From: Oculina patagonica
Taxonomy: Eukaryota
Length of the DNA: 64,000 nucleotides
Assembly: GCF_052425735.1 (NCBI RefSeq)
Contig: NC_135769.1
Span: 14,880,001-14,944,000, forward strand
Direction of reading: 5' to 3'
Shown: piece by piece, positions 12,099 through 24,329 of the stretch
How positions within the stretch are numbered: the first letter of the stretch is position 1
How the letters are laid out: each line of letters begins with the position of its first letter
Notes under the pieces: model-generated
What the model was told of the DNA's origin: nothing
The model's database searches: none
Seen by the model: the letters and a program-made list of their open reading frames with translations, nothing else
Position numbers and translations under genes: made by a program

Positions 12099-14729
12099 CT
12101 GGAGAAACAAGAGAATAAAAGCATAAATCTATCACTCTGAACAATTAAGACGAATTGTGTATGAAAGCTTAAGGTGTCTGGTATCGGTTTCCAGCACTTT
12201 CCATCTCTTATACTTTGACGGGTCAGTACTACAGATCTTTACCAGTTGATGCCGCTATAATAATGGTATCAAATAAATGCCCAACGATTGGGCATTGGAT
12301 CAGTACGTGAATCTTAAAGTTCACACATGCTTTAACCGGTAAGCAATGCAAGTTTTTTAAAAAGCCTTACCCTCTCCCCTGTTACTATTTTGTGAAATAT
12401 ACTATTGCTGTACTAAACAGCACTCAAACAATGAAAAATAAAATCCACATTACCGGTGTTTCCTTTATTTGTACCCTATCTGATATATGATTTGAAACAC
12501 AGTGTGTAAGCCCCCCTCAAAAGCAGGACTTAAATAGAAAATAAACTCTCTGGGAACTAAATAGAGCTTTTCCAGTGGCTAAACAATGGCTGTGGTCACA
12601 TCAACGCCATCAGTTCTGGTTAGACGACATTGCGGTCACACCAACACAGATAACTACAGTTAGTTCTGATTACCTTTTGGTTGACATATTAGACTTAAAG
12701 TCATTCCTCAGTATTGCATTGTGCATCCCGAACTGCGCAAAATTTTAAACATGATTAGCGTGCGCATATTAAGAAAATGCTGGCTTTTTCTCGCAAGAGA
12801 TATAAATGGTTGTTTTCTCATAAACGAGTACCGGGACCTAACATCTTTTTCTCTTTTTCTGATTCTAGCAATCACCTTCATTCTATAAAATGAATATTAA
12901 CAAGTTTCTATTGTAGAAAAATAAATAATAAGTTGAATCAGTGGCGACTGAAACTGTGTGCCTTAATCACGAAAAATTTATTAAATTGTTCCTCTATTAA
13001 AGTCAATTTGGTAAATCTGCAGCTATATTTCGTGTTTTGCTTTCTCTCTATTTTTTGAAAGTGAAGTGAATGGCTCAAATAATGTTTCTGAAAGCTGATA
13101 GTGAAAAGAGTTATGGGGTATATTCAAGGTCTTCCTGCTCCTAAACGAACAACGGCACCCAAAGTTTGATTGAAAAACTATCAGTGCCAGTTCTATTTCA
13201 ATAGAATGACCTTAAAAGTAGTTCGTGACAGCCCTAAAATGTAAATATGGCTGGCCGGAGAAAGCTTCGTCTGGTTTTCGTTTTTTTTTTTGTTTCATAT
13301 ATATTGATGCGGGAAACCGTGTCAAAAATTCAAAACAGGATGCTTGACACGGTAGAATGCAAAATTCGTTTTTTGCTTTTTGTTTTTCAACCCTCGTCCA
13401 GTTATTTTTTTGCTTCGTTTCCTCAGAAATGATACGGTATTGTTTTGGATTCAATGTGAACTATTTACACAATGGAGGCTACTATCCAATCAGAAAAACG
13501 CTCGTAACAACAAAGTATATACGTTTGACCGAAGACAATTAATTTTGTAAAAACATGTTCTTCAAATATCGGAAAGATAATCCTCAGCATGACGAAAAAA
13601 TATTGAGATTCCCTACAAATACAAATATCTGACGACTGCAATGGTTTTAAGTTTGATTAAAGCGATGTATTGGAAAAAAATCGGAGTAAGCCCTTTCAGC
13701 GTTTAATTTTAAGTAAAAATTCCAATCAGAGTGTTTGCAAGCGCAAACAAAAACGGGATGACTTGGCGTTTCTCGAGTTTGCTCGCACGGAAGGGCTTGC
13801 GTGTGCTACGCTCGAAAATGGGCAAGTGGGAGATTGCACTATTCTATTTGTATTAATAGGAAAATTCATAGCTTTGGACACAACCTCTTTTTGCTATTTG
13901 GAACTTAAAAAAAAAACATTTCTGGCTCATATAAAACCGTAGAGTGCGCATTCAAGTAATGGCTACAAAATTCACATCCCTCTTTGTTTTGACGCTGATA
14001 TTAAAGAGTTCATAGATGCAATAACAGTTTCTTTGCAAATTCATGTCCAAATCGTATCCTGTTTTAGTGAAGTGAGACCGCACTACCAATTTTTTAACAA
14101 AGTATTGTATACTGCGTCATAAAAAAATGTATCATTTTATACGGCATCATAAGGGAAATGTATCATTTTATACTGCGTCGTAAGAAAAATGTAACATTTT
14201 TCAAGGCCAAATAAACAAACGAAATTACCCAACAAGCGATCATAAAAAATGCCCTCAACGATCCATTCAACTTTCACTTATACTCATTCTCACACCTCTC
14301 CTCAAACGTCCTTCTCACCCTTCCGCGATCTGGAAACGAAGCACTATTCTTTTTGAAATAGCTGCTTGTTACACTTGTTTTGCATATATTTGTTCATCCC
14401 GCACGTACACGTGCCAAAAGAAACGTCAAAGCATTCTGATTGGTTGTTCGTTTGCAAACTACGATTTAAACCATGATCCTGCTTGGGTATAACTTTAGTT
14501 GGTTTGTATTGTTTTGGATCATTGATGCATATTTCCTAACTATACTGTTAGAATGAACATAGAAGAGGCCACATTACTGAAATAGCTAACTAAAGTCATC
14601 TCTGCCTTAACTTTAGTCAGTAGTCTAACACTGAACACGTATTTTTGAAATTGGCGTTTATTTCATGAAGCGTTATTTTCCTATAGGGTAATACCATGTT
14701 CATGTAGCAGTCAAACACTTACTCCATAC

Positions 14730-15797
14730 CTCGCAAAGCACTTTCTATGGTGCGCCTGTGAGCCACGATACAAGGATCTTTGTCTTTATGATACAAAACA
14801 ACATGCTTCAGCAGATTTCTATAAGATCGACCAGAGGCAGAGCTGAACACTTCCATGCAGTAAGGACACTTCTTTTCATGTATGTGGATGTGAAGTCTGT
14901 AAGCGTTTTCTGTGCCAAATCTTTGAGAACAATGTGGGCATCTGTAACTATAGTTATCAATTGGGAATTGGAAACTAACACTTCTTTCAGGCTCAGAACT
15001 ATGGTTGGAAAGGACACTAAACCTGGAGGAGTTAGAACAATGATGGCTTTTGGAGATAACACTATTATGTTCTGCATAAGCTGCTGGTTGCAAAGAGCTT
15101 CCTTCAACATGGCCCTTCATGTGTGGTGTCATTTCCTTCAAATTACCAAATGACAAGGTGGTCCTTTTACTGGAGGGATCAAAGACACCAACTGGCAGAT
15201 GAGCTGACATAACACATGCATCATTGTAGCCATCCAATGATGACCTTGGGCTTTCATTTTTGTTACTTGTACAATTGTCAGTGAGAAGAGGCAAAGTAGT
15301 GTTACTAGCAGGAGATGGGATTTCTGTAGCAAGGTAATCTATAGAATCTACATCTTTGTAGTAACAATGTCCATCATTAGAAACAGAAGCAGTACAAGCA
15401 AGGTCTGAAAACCTTTCATGCTGTGATGTAAGAGTAACTGTGCCAATCACATCTTTGCCCAAATTGTTGTTTGTGACTTGGATAAATTCTATATTTTCAT
15501 TCACTGAAGTTAACAGTTCTGTTTTGGGTTCGGCTCCATTTAACAACATTAGTGGCAATTCATTGCTGTTGTCATTGTTTAAAACTAACATATAGCCACA
15601 GTGATGAAGAACTTGAACATGGTTACTGTCTTGAGCAGAAAAATAATCAAGTACAAGCATGTTGCTGGTGCAATGCCCATTGTCATGGTTTGGTGTGCTG
15701 TTGTTATCAGGAAATGAAGTTAGATTGGAATTGGCACAACAGGTGGAAGATGCCTCCCTGGTCTGTACAGAAGAACTTGGTGAATCAGCAAAACAAT
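14730..15797 (-). CDS. C2H2 zinc-finger protein, exon 2 (Ser/Asn-rich region plus 2 fingers)
   Basis: Acceptor TTTACAG|ATT (phase 1), 1068 nt open, CPHCSQRF..LHIHIH and CPYC..LLKHVVLYH, donor CGAG|GTATGG (phase 1). Joins in frame to both 19478 and 12098, giving 650 aa in total. Confidence 0.75.
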
Positions 15798-16681
15798 CTG
15801 TAAATTCAAGTAACAATCATAATAATATGACTAAGTGAAATACATTATGATAATCCTAAAACTTTTTTCAAGATTTCATGAGCGAAACAAAACCACCAAA
15901 ATGAAACAGCTGAAACAACTGAAATGGCCAAAATGAGTAAAACAAAACAAAATCAGCAAAAGAAACAAAACACATTGTAAGTTTACTTTTAATTTTAGCT
16001 TTTAAGTGTTTGTATTCCGTTTTTAATCTTAATTGTCATGTGCATTTAAACATTTTATGGAATTTGCACATTATTGATGTGATTATTATTGTTATTATTA
16101 TAATTTATTTTTATTATTATTATTATTATCATATCATTATTATTATTATTATAAATATTGAGAGCTACTGTAACCACAAACCTGCTAACCTGAGCATTAT
16201 TCTTGCTAACCAGAGTGCAAGGTGTACTCCAGTTAGCCTAAATGACACTCTGGTTAGCCTGAGTATTGGGTTTCGCATATTGTTATTTTAACACAGCAAA
16301 CTTTTAATGCAGGCTGTACATGTACAATATCATATTGTTCCTTGAAGTCAATGCAGTACATCTATCCTCATATTTCATGTTTTGCTTTCTCTCCATTTTT
16401 GCTGCTTCTAGGAACAGTTTAAATAAAAAATGTTTCTGAAGGCTGACATTGTAAGGAATTATGGGTTATATTCAAGATCCTGCAGCTCCTAAACAAATAC
16501 TGGGACCACTCATTTTTTAAATATGCGAAAACAAAGTTCCCTTAAGATGAACAACCAATAAGGAAAGTTTGAAAGAAAAAAAATTGTCTACTTTAATTTG
16601 CCTACTTTTTGATTACCTCAAAAAAGGGCAGCTTTGAGCCAAAGTGGCGCATACTGCTGGAGCTTATCCCGGTTTCCTTAA

Positions 16682-17836
16682 GGTCGTGCGGGACCCTAGC
16701 TCATTAATAAATTCATTAGCCAAATTTCTTGACGGAGTGCTATCTTGTAAAGCTTTAATTCACTACATTTTGAACATCGATTCCTCTAAAATTTAACAAT
16801 TAAGGATATTCGGGGATGATAGAATTACGTCATGATTGTCCTTTTACTGAGAGATGGCCATTGTCTGTCATGTTACAAGCCCTTAAAAGTTTCACTGCAG
16901 ATAATGCGATTTTGTGTCCAAGTTTTCAGCTAGAACAGCGCACCAAATTAAATGATTATATAGCTTAGTGATAAATCATAACCTCTTTTGTGTTATGACT
17001 AGAACAAAATTTTCGATTTCAAAAACTGCTACAAGTTAATGGCTTCTAAGGGAGCAAAAATGTGAAAAATCTAAATTTTGAAACGTGCTATCTTCATTTG
17101 GAGAAGGAAATTTAAAAATTCGCTCTAGTCATAGCACAATAGAGTCCCAGGGGGGGTACTCCGGGATCAAAGTGACGGGGATGATCAAATGGAGGCAAAA
17201 CTCAGGACAAAAAATCCCTAAGTCTCCCGACATTACCCAAAAAAATCCCTGGACCAAAAAAAAAAACCCCCAAAAATCCCTAGTCAAATTACCCCTTTAT
17301 TGCCAAGGCCGCGCCAAGGCACTTTAGTTTGAATTTAATACCCAAAAAAATCCCCTATTTAAATCAAGTCACCCAAAAAAATACCTGCCAAATTCTCCTA
17401 CCCAAAAAAATCCCGGAATCGAAAATTTCGACCCCAAAAAAATCCTTCGCACATCCCCGTCACTTGGATCCCGGAGTACCCCCCTGGGAATAGAGTACAC
17501 CAAGTTTATGTTCCTCGCGAATCAACTCTTGAAATTCTATATCCGCGGAGAAAACTTGGACACAAAATTGCAGGTTTTGAGGCTTCCGAAGACCTTCCGA
17601 GTCAATGTTTACAACAACGTGTGATATATTCAAAGCTGTGAATCTAATTATGATAATTCCCTATGTTCCAGCGCACGTGCACAAAGCTGAGAACAATTAC
17701 TAGTAATTACTTGTACAAAAGAGTTTAAAAACAAACATTCTCATGAATATTTTGTTTGTTGTCGGCTTCAGTCCGGCAGTTCGTGCATACTCTTTAAATA
17801 AATACATACTAATGATTGCAAGGGTCCTGCGTGACC
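16682..17836. mobile_element. Non-autonomous Kolobok-like DNA transposon
   Basis: TTAA|GGTCGTGCGGGACCCT ... AGGGTCCTGCGTGACC|TTAA: TTAA TSD with GG..CC termini. Confidence 0.7.
17146..17488. mobile_element. MITE with 8-bp TSD
   Basis: TIRs CCCAGGGGGGGTACTCCGGGATCAAAGTGACGGGGATG / CATCCCCGTCACTTGGATCCCGGAGTACCCCCCTGGG; perfect TSD AATAGAGT. Confidence 0.85.
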
Positions 17837-18168
17837 TTAAGATTAAGCAGCTAGGGGTATTTCTACTCCCTCCTGGATGGGATGCTAGTCCATCGCAGGG
17901 TACCCCCCAGCATTATTTCGCCGGTACCCATTTATACATCTGGGTGGAGAGAGGCACTATGAGGGTAAAGCGTCTTGCCCAAGAACACAAACCGCTAACC
18001 ATTAGGTGACTGCGCCTCTTTTTGATAACCTCAAGGGAACTTAAATTTTAAAATAAAAAAAAGTGTGGTCCCCATAGTTGTTTAGGAGCACAAGGACCTT
18101 GTATATACCACATAATTCCTTAGTAATTCTCTTGCACATTTTCAGTGATAACTTATTTTTCAAACATA

Positions 18169-18489
18169 TACCATAAAATTCTGGTTATAAGCCCCCCCCC
18201 GGTTATAGGCCCATCTACTTGGAAACAAAAAAATACATCGGATTATAAGGCCCCCCAGATATAAGCCCCTCTCTACCGGATGACAGTACTGGACAGGGGT
18301 AAATGTTGTTTTATTATGCGTTTTAAACTTAAGAACATATTTCGATCAACACTCCCGTGGCTCTTTTCGAAACGTTTTTTCATTCTGCCTATAAGCCCTC
18401 CTGGATATAAGCCCCTCCATTTATAAGCCCACCCGAAACCCCTTACGAAGTTGTATAAGCCCAGGGCTTATAACCGGAATTCCACGGTA
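18169..18489. mobile_element. MITE with internal TATAAGCCC repeats
   Basis: TACCATAAAATTCTGGTTATAAGCCC ... GGGCTTATAACCGGAATTCCACGGTA. Confidence 0.65.
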
Positions 18490-19477
18490 TAGGAATGTTC
18501 TGTTTTCGTTTTACAGAAAGGATTTTGATCGTTACACCCAAAATATGAGAAAAAATTGATAGGCCACCATACTCGTTTACAAGAAAGAGACACTTATTTT
18601 TCTCGCGGACTAAGCTGCATAGAGAAAAAGCCGCCATTTTGTTTATGTGTGCACGGTAATTATGAGTAAAATTCTGCACAATGCAATACAGGGAAATGAC
18701 CTTAATAATTTATTATTGCTCTTTTGGTACCTTCAGTCAAAGGATGACCTCTGTTAGTTGTTACCATTGTAAAAGTTCCAAATCCAGAGAATTCTTGTTT
18801 CAAAATGGTGAATCGAAATCGCCGTTATTTTTATTAGGCACTTTATTTATAGCCCAATTCCGTTTTCCAGATTTCAGATTCAACATTCTATTTTTAGGGT
18901 TGCTGTGGAGATATTTTTAAACTTCCATTTTGCTATGAAAACCTGTGAAGGGTTTTTTGACAAATTGCACTTTTTTAATGAATAAGCAAATTTTTTTTAA
19001 AAAGTTCAAGCGGCTCTGAAACCGCTCCGGAGAAATTTTTTTAGCTTTGCAAAAAGTTGTACCTTAACATGCTAATCATTATTCAATAATTAGAAAATGG
19101 GCATCACAGTGCTGGTTTTTTAGTTATAAACGCTTAAAGCTAAAATTATGACCGTTGCTATGGTAACCATTGAGATCACGAAAATATCCATAATTTGTTT
19201 ATCAATGATTGGGTATTTGTTTAATACAATTTGTGTAGCAATAACTGATAAATGTTTGTAGCACTAACCCATCAAAGTATAAGAGCTGGAAAGTGCTGGA
19301 AACTGTTGTGAGCCTCCATTGTAAGCTTATATCTTTTTCACTGCACGTTACTTTTAGCTGCTTTTAGCTACCGGTACTTTTCTCATTTGCATCACTATGC
19401 ACTATAAAATTCAACGTGGCAGATACTACATCCACGCTGAATTCTTTTGTTATACAAATGCGAAAGGGGCATCTTAC

Positions 19478-19550
19478 CTTGGGAAGCCATATTTGAAGCG
19501 TAAATAGTGAAACAATATCTGGATGAAGCTACTTGTTGCGCCACAGGCAT
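19478..19550 (-). CDS. C2H2 zinc-finger protein, first coding exon
   Basis: MPVAQQVASSRYCFTIYASNMASQ-G with strong donor AAG|GTAAGA; phase 1 matches both downstream acceptors. A second in-frame ATG (MASQ) is also possible. Confidence 0.6.
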
Positions 19551-19679
19551 CGATCTTCTTGATCAGCGTCGCTTCCTCAGACAATTACGTGGTGTAACAG
19601 CCATATATAATATTAGCTAATAGTTTGTCTTGCTTTAATAGGTATTTTTTTCGATATCGTAGCAAAATAAAGCTTTAGG
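19551..19679. promoter_or_regulatory. Putative bidirectional promoter (zinc-finger gene / NUDT1)
   Basis: Divergent ATGs only 129 bp apart; TATATAA at about 19604. Confidence 0.5.
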
Positions 19680-19831
19680 ATGACTAAAACTAAGCTATAC
19701 ACCTCAACGTTCATCCGAAATGATGACAATATTCTTCTTGGAATGAAAAAGAGAGGATTTGGTGTCGGACGGTGGAACGGTTTTGGCGGGAAAGTGCACT
19801 CAGATGAAACGATTTTGGAAGCTGCCAAAAG
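19680..19831 (+). CDS. NUDT1: NUDT1/MTH1 first coding exon, copy A
   Basis: [51 protein letters not shown]; 152 nt, donor AG|GTAGGT, phase 2; no stops. Confidence 0.7.
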
Positions 19832-20233
19832 GTAGGTACAGATTTTGGTACAGTGTGTTGCCCAGTTTCCGGTCGGTAACAGTTTCCGGCCGAAAAATAT
19901 ATTCTTCTGTTATTGCTGTAGTAATATTTTATTTTCGTCCACCGAACCTTTCCTACAGAAAAAGGAACATTTCCACTACAAATTGATGGTTTTGGCAGGC
20001 TTTTGGACAAAGTCTAGCATTGTTTACTGCATCGGGGGTGGAAGCGGTTTTTTTTTTTTTTTTTTTTTTTTTTGTAGGGTGTAAAAAAATAAAATTTTTA
20101 ATAAAAAATTTAAAAAAAATTTTTTGGGGCCCCCCTGGTTAAAATAAAAAAAAAAAAAAACCCCCCCCCTACTGCATACGGCACGTGCATGTTGCAATCA
20201 AGATTTCTTACAAACAGAACATAAACAACCATG

Positions 20234-21985
20234 ACAACAACAACAACAACAACAACAATTTATTGAGGTATTTCCATGAAAATACATGGCATTACCTACT
20301 TACACTTGCGAAATTACAAAGATATATAACATAGCATCTGAAATAAAACAAAAATGCGATTTTATCATTTGGAAAATAAAGTTTCATACATGTCTAAGAG
20401 ACATATTGCTTGAAAAACAAAAGCAGCAGTTGATCGACAAACAGCAGGATCAATGCTGTTACAAAGAAATAAAGATTTTGCATTAATCTGATTAATATCA
20501 AACTCGTTAAAAATACTATATTTGGCGGTTATTTCATTAAAGAATTTTAAACGTATATTTTCGTATAGCTTGCATGAAAATAAGAAATGCATTTCGTTTT
20601 CAATTTCATCCGAATGGCAGAAAGAACAGATTCTCAAATTAATAGGAGTCTTGGGTATTGTGTGTCTACCAGTTTCGATACGTAATTTGTGATTCCCTAG
20701 TCGAAATTTGCTAATGGCAGTTCTGTGTGAGGATTGTTGATTGCGTCCAGAAAACCAGATTTTTTGGTATCTGTTTTAAATGAATGATAAAATTGTAATT
20801 TTCTGTTTGTGCTAATTAGTTTTAGTTGATGAGCTATTAACGCTTTGCTAATGTTTTGCTTATTGTAAGAAGTAAAAAGTTTTCCGTTGTTTTCATTTAA
20901 TATTATAGAGCCCGAGTTGTATTTATTGCATAACTGATTAATTTTAAGCATTATATTAATTAGACCTGTCTGCATGGGTTTTAACAGCCATCTCCTTAGA
21001 AAGCTGTAGACATTGCTTAGCGATGTTATTTTCTGGTAAGCTCTGAAGATGAATCCAAAATTTTACTATGGAGGTTTCAATGGCTAATTTTAGAGGAAGC
21101 CTTCCAAGTTCATTTCTGGTTGCAACATTTCAAGTGGGCATTGTTTATTAACTCCTAAGAATTGTTTGCAAAAATATATGTGTGTTTTTTCGATGTCATC
21201 TTTCTCCCAATTGTTGAAATCATCTTTATCGTAGATACCCCAAACTTCTGAGCCGTACAGTAAAATAGGGAGAAAGAGAGAATCAAAGAGTTTATTAGTG
21301 ACACTAAGAGACAATTTTGAAAAATCCAAGTAACGACGAGTAGCAAAGATGGATCTTCTTGTTTTATCTTTTAAGTTTGATTTACAGTCTAAAGCTTCCA
21401 TTTGCAGAAAAATTTATACCAAGGTAAGTGTAATTGTTGACAATTTCAATTTTGTCATTGTTTATTTGAAAATAATGTTTGTCGAGTAAAGATTTCCTAC
21501 ATTTCTTTTGGAAGATGACAACTTTCGTTTTCTTTGGATTAACGGACAGCAGCCAATCGTTACAGTATTTTTCAAGAATGGAAAGTGCCTTCTGCAGACC
21601 TTTAGCTGAGTGAGAGATTAATACTAAGTCGTCTGCGTAAAGTAAACAGTTTAAATTGGAGCCGTTAGGTAGAGCGATAGGATCTGTGTCTTCTCGGTCT
21701 AGTAAAAAAGGGATTTCATTTAAGTATAAATTAAATAACATGGGCGAAAGAATGCACCCTTGACGTACACCTTTCTGTTAATCGAAAAATTCAGTCCTTT
21801 GGTCACCATACTTTACAGAACATTTAGTTTTTGAGTAAAGATTTCTAATCAAATCGTAGAAATTTCCACCAATCTTATAATGTAGAAGTTTGTAGAATAG
21901 TCCATCATGCCAAAACGAATCAAAAGCTTTCTTGAAGTCAATAAAACAAGTGTACAGTTTGCCTCTTGCTGTATGACTGACATAA
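20234..21985 (-). mobile_element. 5'-truncated LINE (CR1/L2-group) with frameshifted RT and (TTG)n tail
   Basis: GKLYTCFIDFKKAFD, LFNLYLNE, LLYADDLVL, YTYLGI, PILLYGSEVWG, RICSFC..IENEMHFLFSC. The 3' end reads AATAAA then (TTG)n on the minus strand. Confidence 0.9.
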
Positions 21986-23006
21986 CCAATGAGTCCATAA
22001 ACGGCGCGGTAATGTCGCCAACGTCCTCCGCGGTTATAAACGTCCTCCTCCACTGTTAGAAACAGCAGTACGTCAGTCATGACAACACGAACGCGAACAT
22101 TGCTGTTTTATTTTGTTTACAGAGCATCCATCCTAGTTTTTTTGCTGCAGCCGCAAGGCGCAGAATGAGAGAAGGCGGGTGAGTGCCGAACAGAGGAGAA
22201 ATTGAACTACCGATGTCAAAAACCATAACAAACAAAATCGAAACCAATGAACCGTAGCGCTGATCGCATTCGAAGTTACGGGCGAGAACGAACCACGTTG
22301 GAACGTTGGAAAACAGAAAACCGATAAAAGATATCGCATTGGGAAAGAAACACGTGGCGCGACCACTCCAGTAGAAAAATTATCTGCAGTCATCATTACG
22401 AAAAGAGCGAAGACTTGGAACCCGCCGAAGGCAAATATCTCCAAAGGACGAGTGCACGTGACCGCTAAAAACTTACCCCACCCCCTGCTACAGCAACGAC
22501 ACTCTGAACTCAATTAAAATAAAATGTATGAACGTGTACTGCACGCAAGACAGCGAAAGGAAAACCATGCTGTAGCTGCACCGCTAATGAGCTATCGAGC
22601 ATAAAAGAAGCTATGGAAAGGAGGTGAGCGTGGGGTGGGGGGTGGGGGGGGGGGTAGCGAGCACTGAGGGGGGGGGGGGAGGGGGGGGGTGGGGGGTTGA
22701 GGGGAGGAGGGAGTTGTTTGAGCGTGGTAGGAGATAAGAGAGTAGAGTTAGAGAAGAGAACAAAGGGGTGACAGTGACTAGTGGAGACCACAACATGTTC
22801 CCAAGAGCCGCAGCAAACACATGGACCCATTGGGGCCCTATTTTTTTTTTTTTTGCCGGACGTTTTTTGAACATTTTAAAAATTAACCAAAGTAGCAAAC
22901 AGTTTTCAAGCGATTCTTTTCGCTGGTGTCTGTAAACATGCCACGCTATTTTTAAAATTATTTTGGTTCCCAATGCAAGTAGACGAATTTTACAAGCTTG
23001 TGCATT

Positions 23007-23427
23007 CCCGGGGGGGTACTCCATATAATGGCCTATACGGGGAGGCTCCGCCCGAAAGGGGTACCTTTTTCAGGCTTTAGGTATATAAAAGGGTAGGGAT
23101 TTCACAAGTTTAGGTATATGAAGGGGTATGTAAATCCGTAATTTAGGTTTTATAAAGGGCCTTGAATTAAAATATTTCGAACAGACGCACTTTATGGCTG
23201 TATTATTTTAATTTATAAAGCGCAACATGAAAATGACAAGAAAACGTCCTGTTCTAAGTCTATGCCAAGTCTTTTAGGTATATGAAAGGGGTACCTTTTT
23301 TCAGTAAAAGGTATACGAAAGGGGTACAATTTCTGTGAAAATGGTATATAAAAGGGTAAGGGGTAAGAGCTCGGGGCGGAGCCTCCCCGTATAAAACTTT
23401 TTTGAGTGCCCCCCCCCCCCCCCCGGG
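23007..23427. mobile_element. MITE with CCCGGGGG termini
   Basis: Inverted TATACGGGGAGGCTCCGCCC / GGGCGGAGCCTCCCCGTATA; flanking duplication GTGCATT. Confidence 0.75.
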
Positions 23428-24177
23428 GTGCATTCCATAAAATCGCTTCGTTTTTGACACTTAAAAACCGGTGTTGGTTTCATGCAAATAAGCCCACAAG
23501 TTCAGAAGGTCGTGCTAGTGGGCTGTGATTGGCGGATTTCGATCCGTCTCGTGTTTATAGCACATCGAAAGATGAGCGGGTGTAGTGTCATGAACGAAGC
23601 GATTTTATGGTATGCACAACCTCGAAAAATTCGTCCACTTCGAAACCAAAATAATTTTAAGAATCGCTTGGCATTTCTAGACAAACATCGAGATTCTCAT
23701 TGGGTTATTAAAGTAAATATAGATATTCATCTATTAGCTTCTATTCATTCGTTTGCGTGAGGTTTGCTGTTTCAATATATTTCTTACTTCCGGGCTGAGC
23801 CAAAATTGTTCTAAGTGTCGAGAACATTGCGATTTTGTGGTATACCGAAGTTCGGATATTTCGTCAACTAGAAAACAAAAATAATTTTTGGAATCGCTTG
23901 ATATTTCAAAACAAACATCTGATACTCTCAAGAAGGTTCAGTGGATATTCTGCGAAAATTTCGCTGTTTTCTGTAAACGAGCTCATATTGTGAGGAGAAG
24001 GCTCGGCTACCAAATCAAGCGTGGTTTCCAAGCTCCCCAAGAAAGTGATCCCAAAAATGTTTTGCACACGCGAGGGTTGTCGATAGGTATGTGGTGTAAT
24101 AGTCATGTTATGGTTCACTGTCCACCGTACTTGTTTCGTGATTTAATTTAATATCGTAGCAAAATTTAAGCTATACA

Positions 24178-24329
24178 ATGGTTCAAAATAAGCTTTACAC
24201 CTTGACTCTTATCCGAAATGATGACAATATTCTTCTTGGAATGAAAAAGAGAGGATTTGGTGTCGGACGGTGGAATGGTTTTGGCGGGAAAGTGCACTCA
24301 GATGAAACGATTTTGGAAGCTGCCAAGAG
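24178..24329 (+). CDS. NUDT1: NUDT1/MTH1 (8-oxo-dGTPase) first coding exon, copy B
   Basis: [51 protein letters not shown]; 152 nt, donor AG|GTATCC, phase 2. Confidence 0.85.

Larger units (their letters stand above)
16622..18018 (-). mobile_element. tRNA-derived SINE, split by a Kolobok-like insertion
   Basis: Minus-strand head GAGGCGCAGTCACCTAATGGTTAGCG (A-box-like; B box apparently deleted) and core TGTGTTCTTGGGCAAGACGCTTTACCCTCATAGTGCCTCTCTCCACCCAG. 16-bp TSD TTTTTGAT(T/A)ACCTCAA at 16606-16621 and 18019-18034. Confidence 0.75.

Noticed and set aside
12099-12144. N-terminal extension of the 285-aa zinc-finger ORF
   Set aside because: Non-ATG start running through a polypyrimidine tract and AG acceptor; intronic.
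17990-18018. tRNA-like A box
   Set aside because: SINE head lacking B box and cloverleaf; not a tRNA gene.
19613-20084. ORF-track entries overlapping NUDT1 copy A
   Set aside because: Antisense or off-frame shadows of the real exon.
20040-20170. Run of homopolymers
   Set aside because: Looks like low-quality consensus rather than a functional element.
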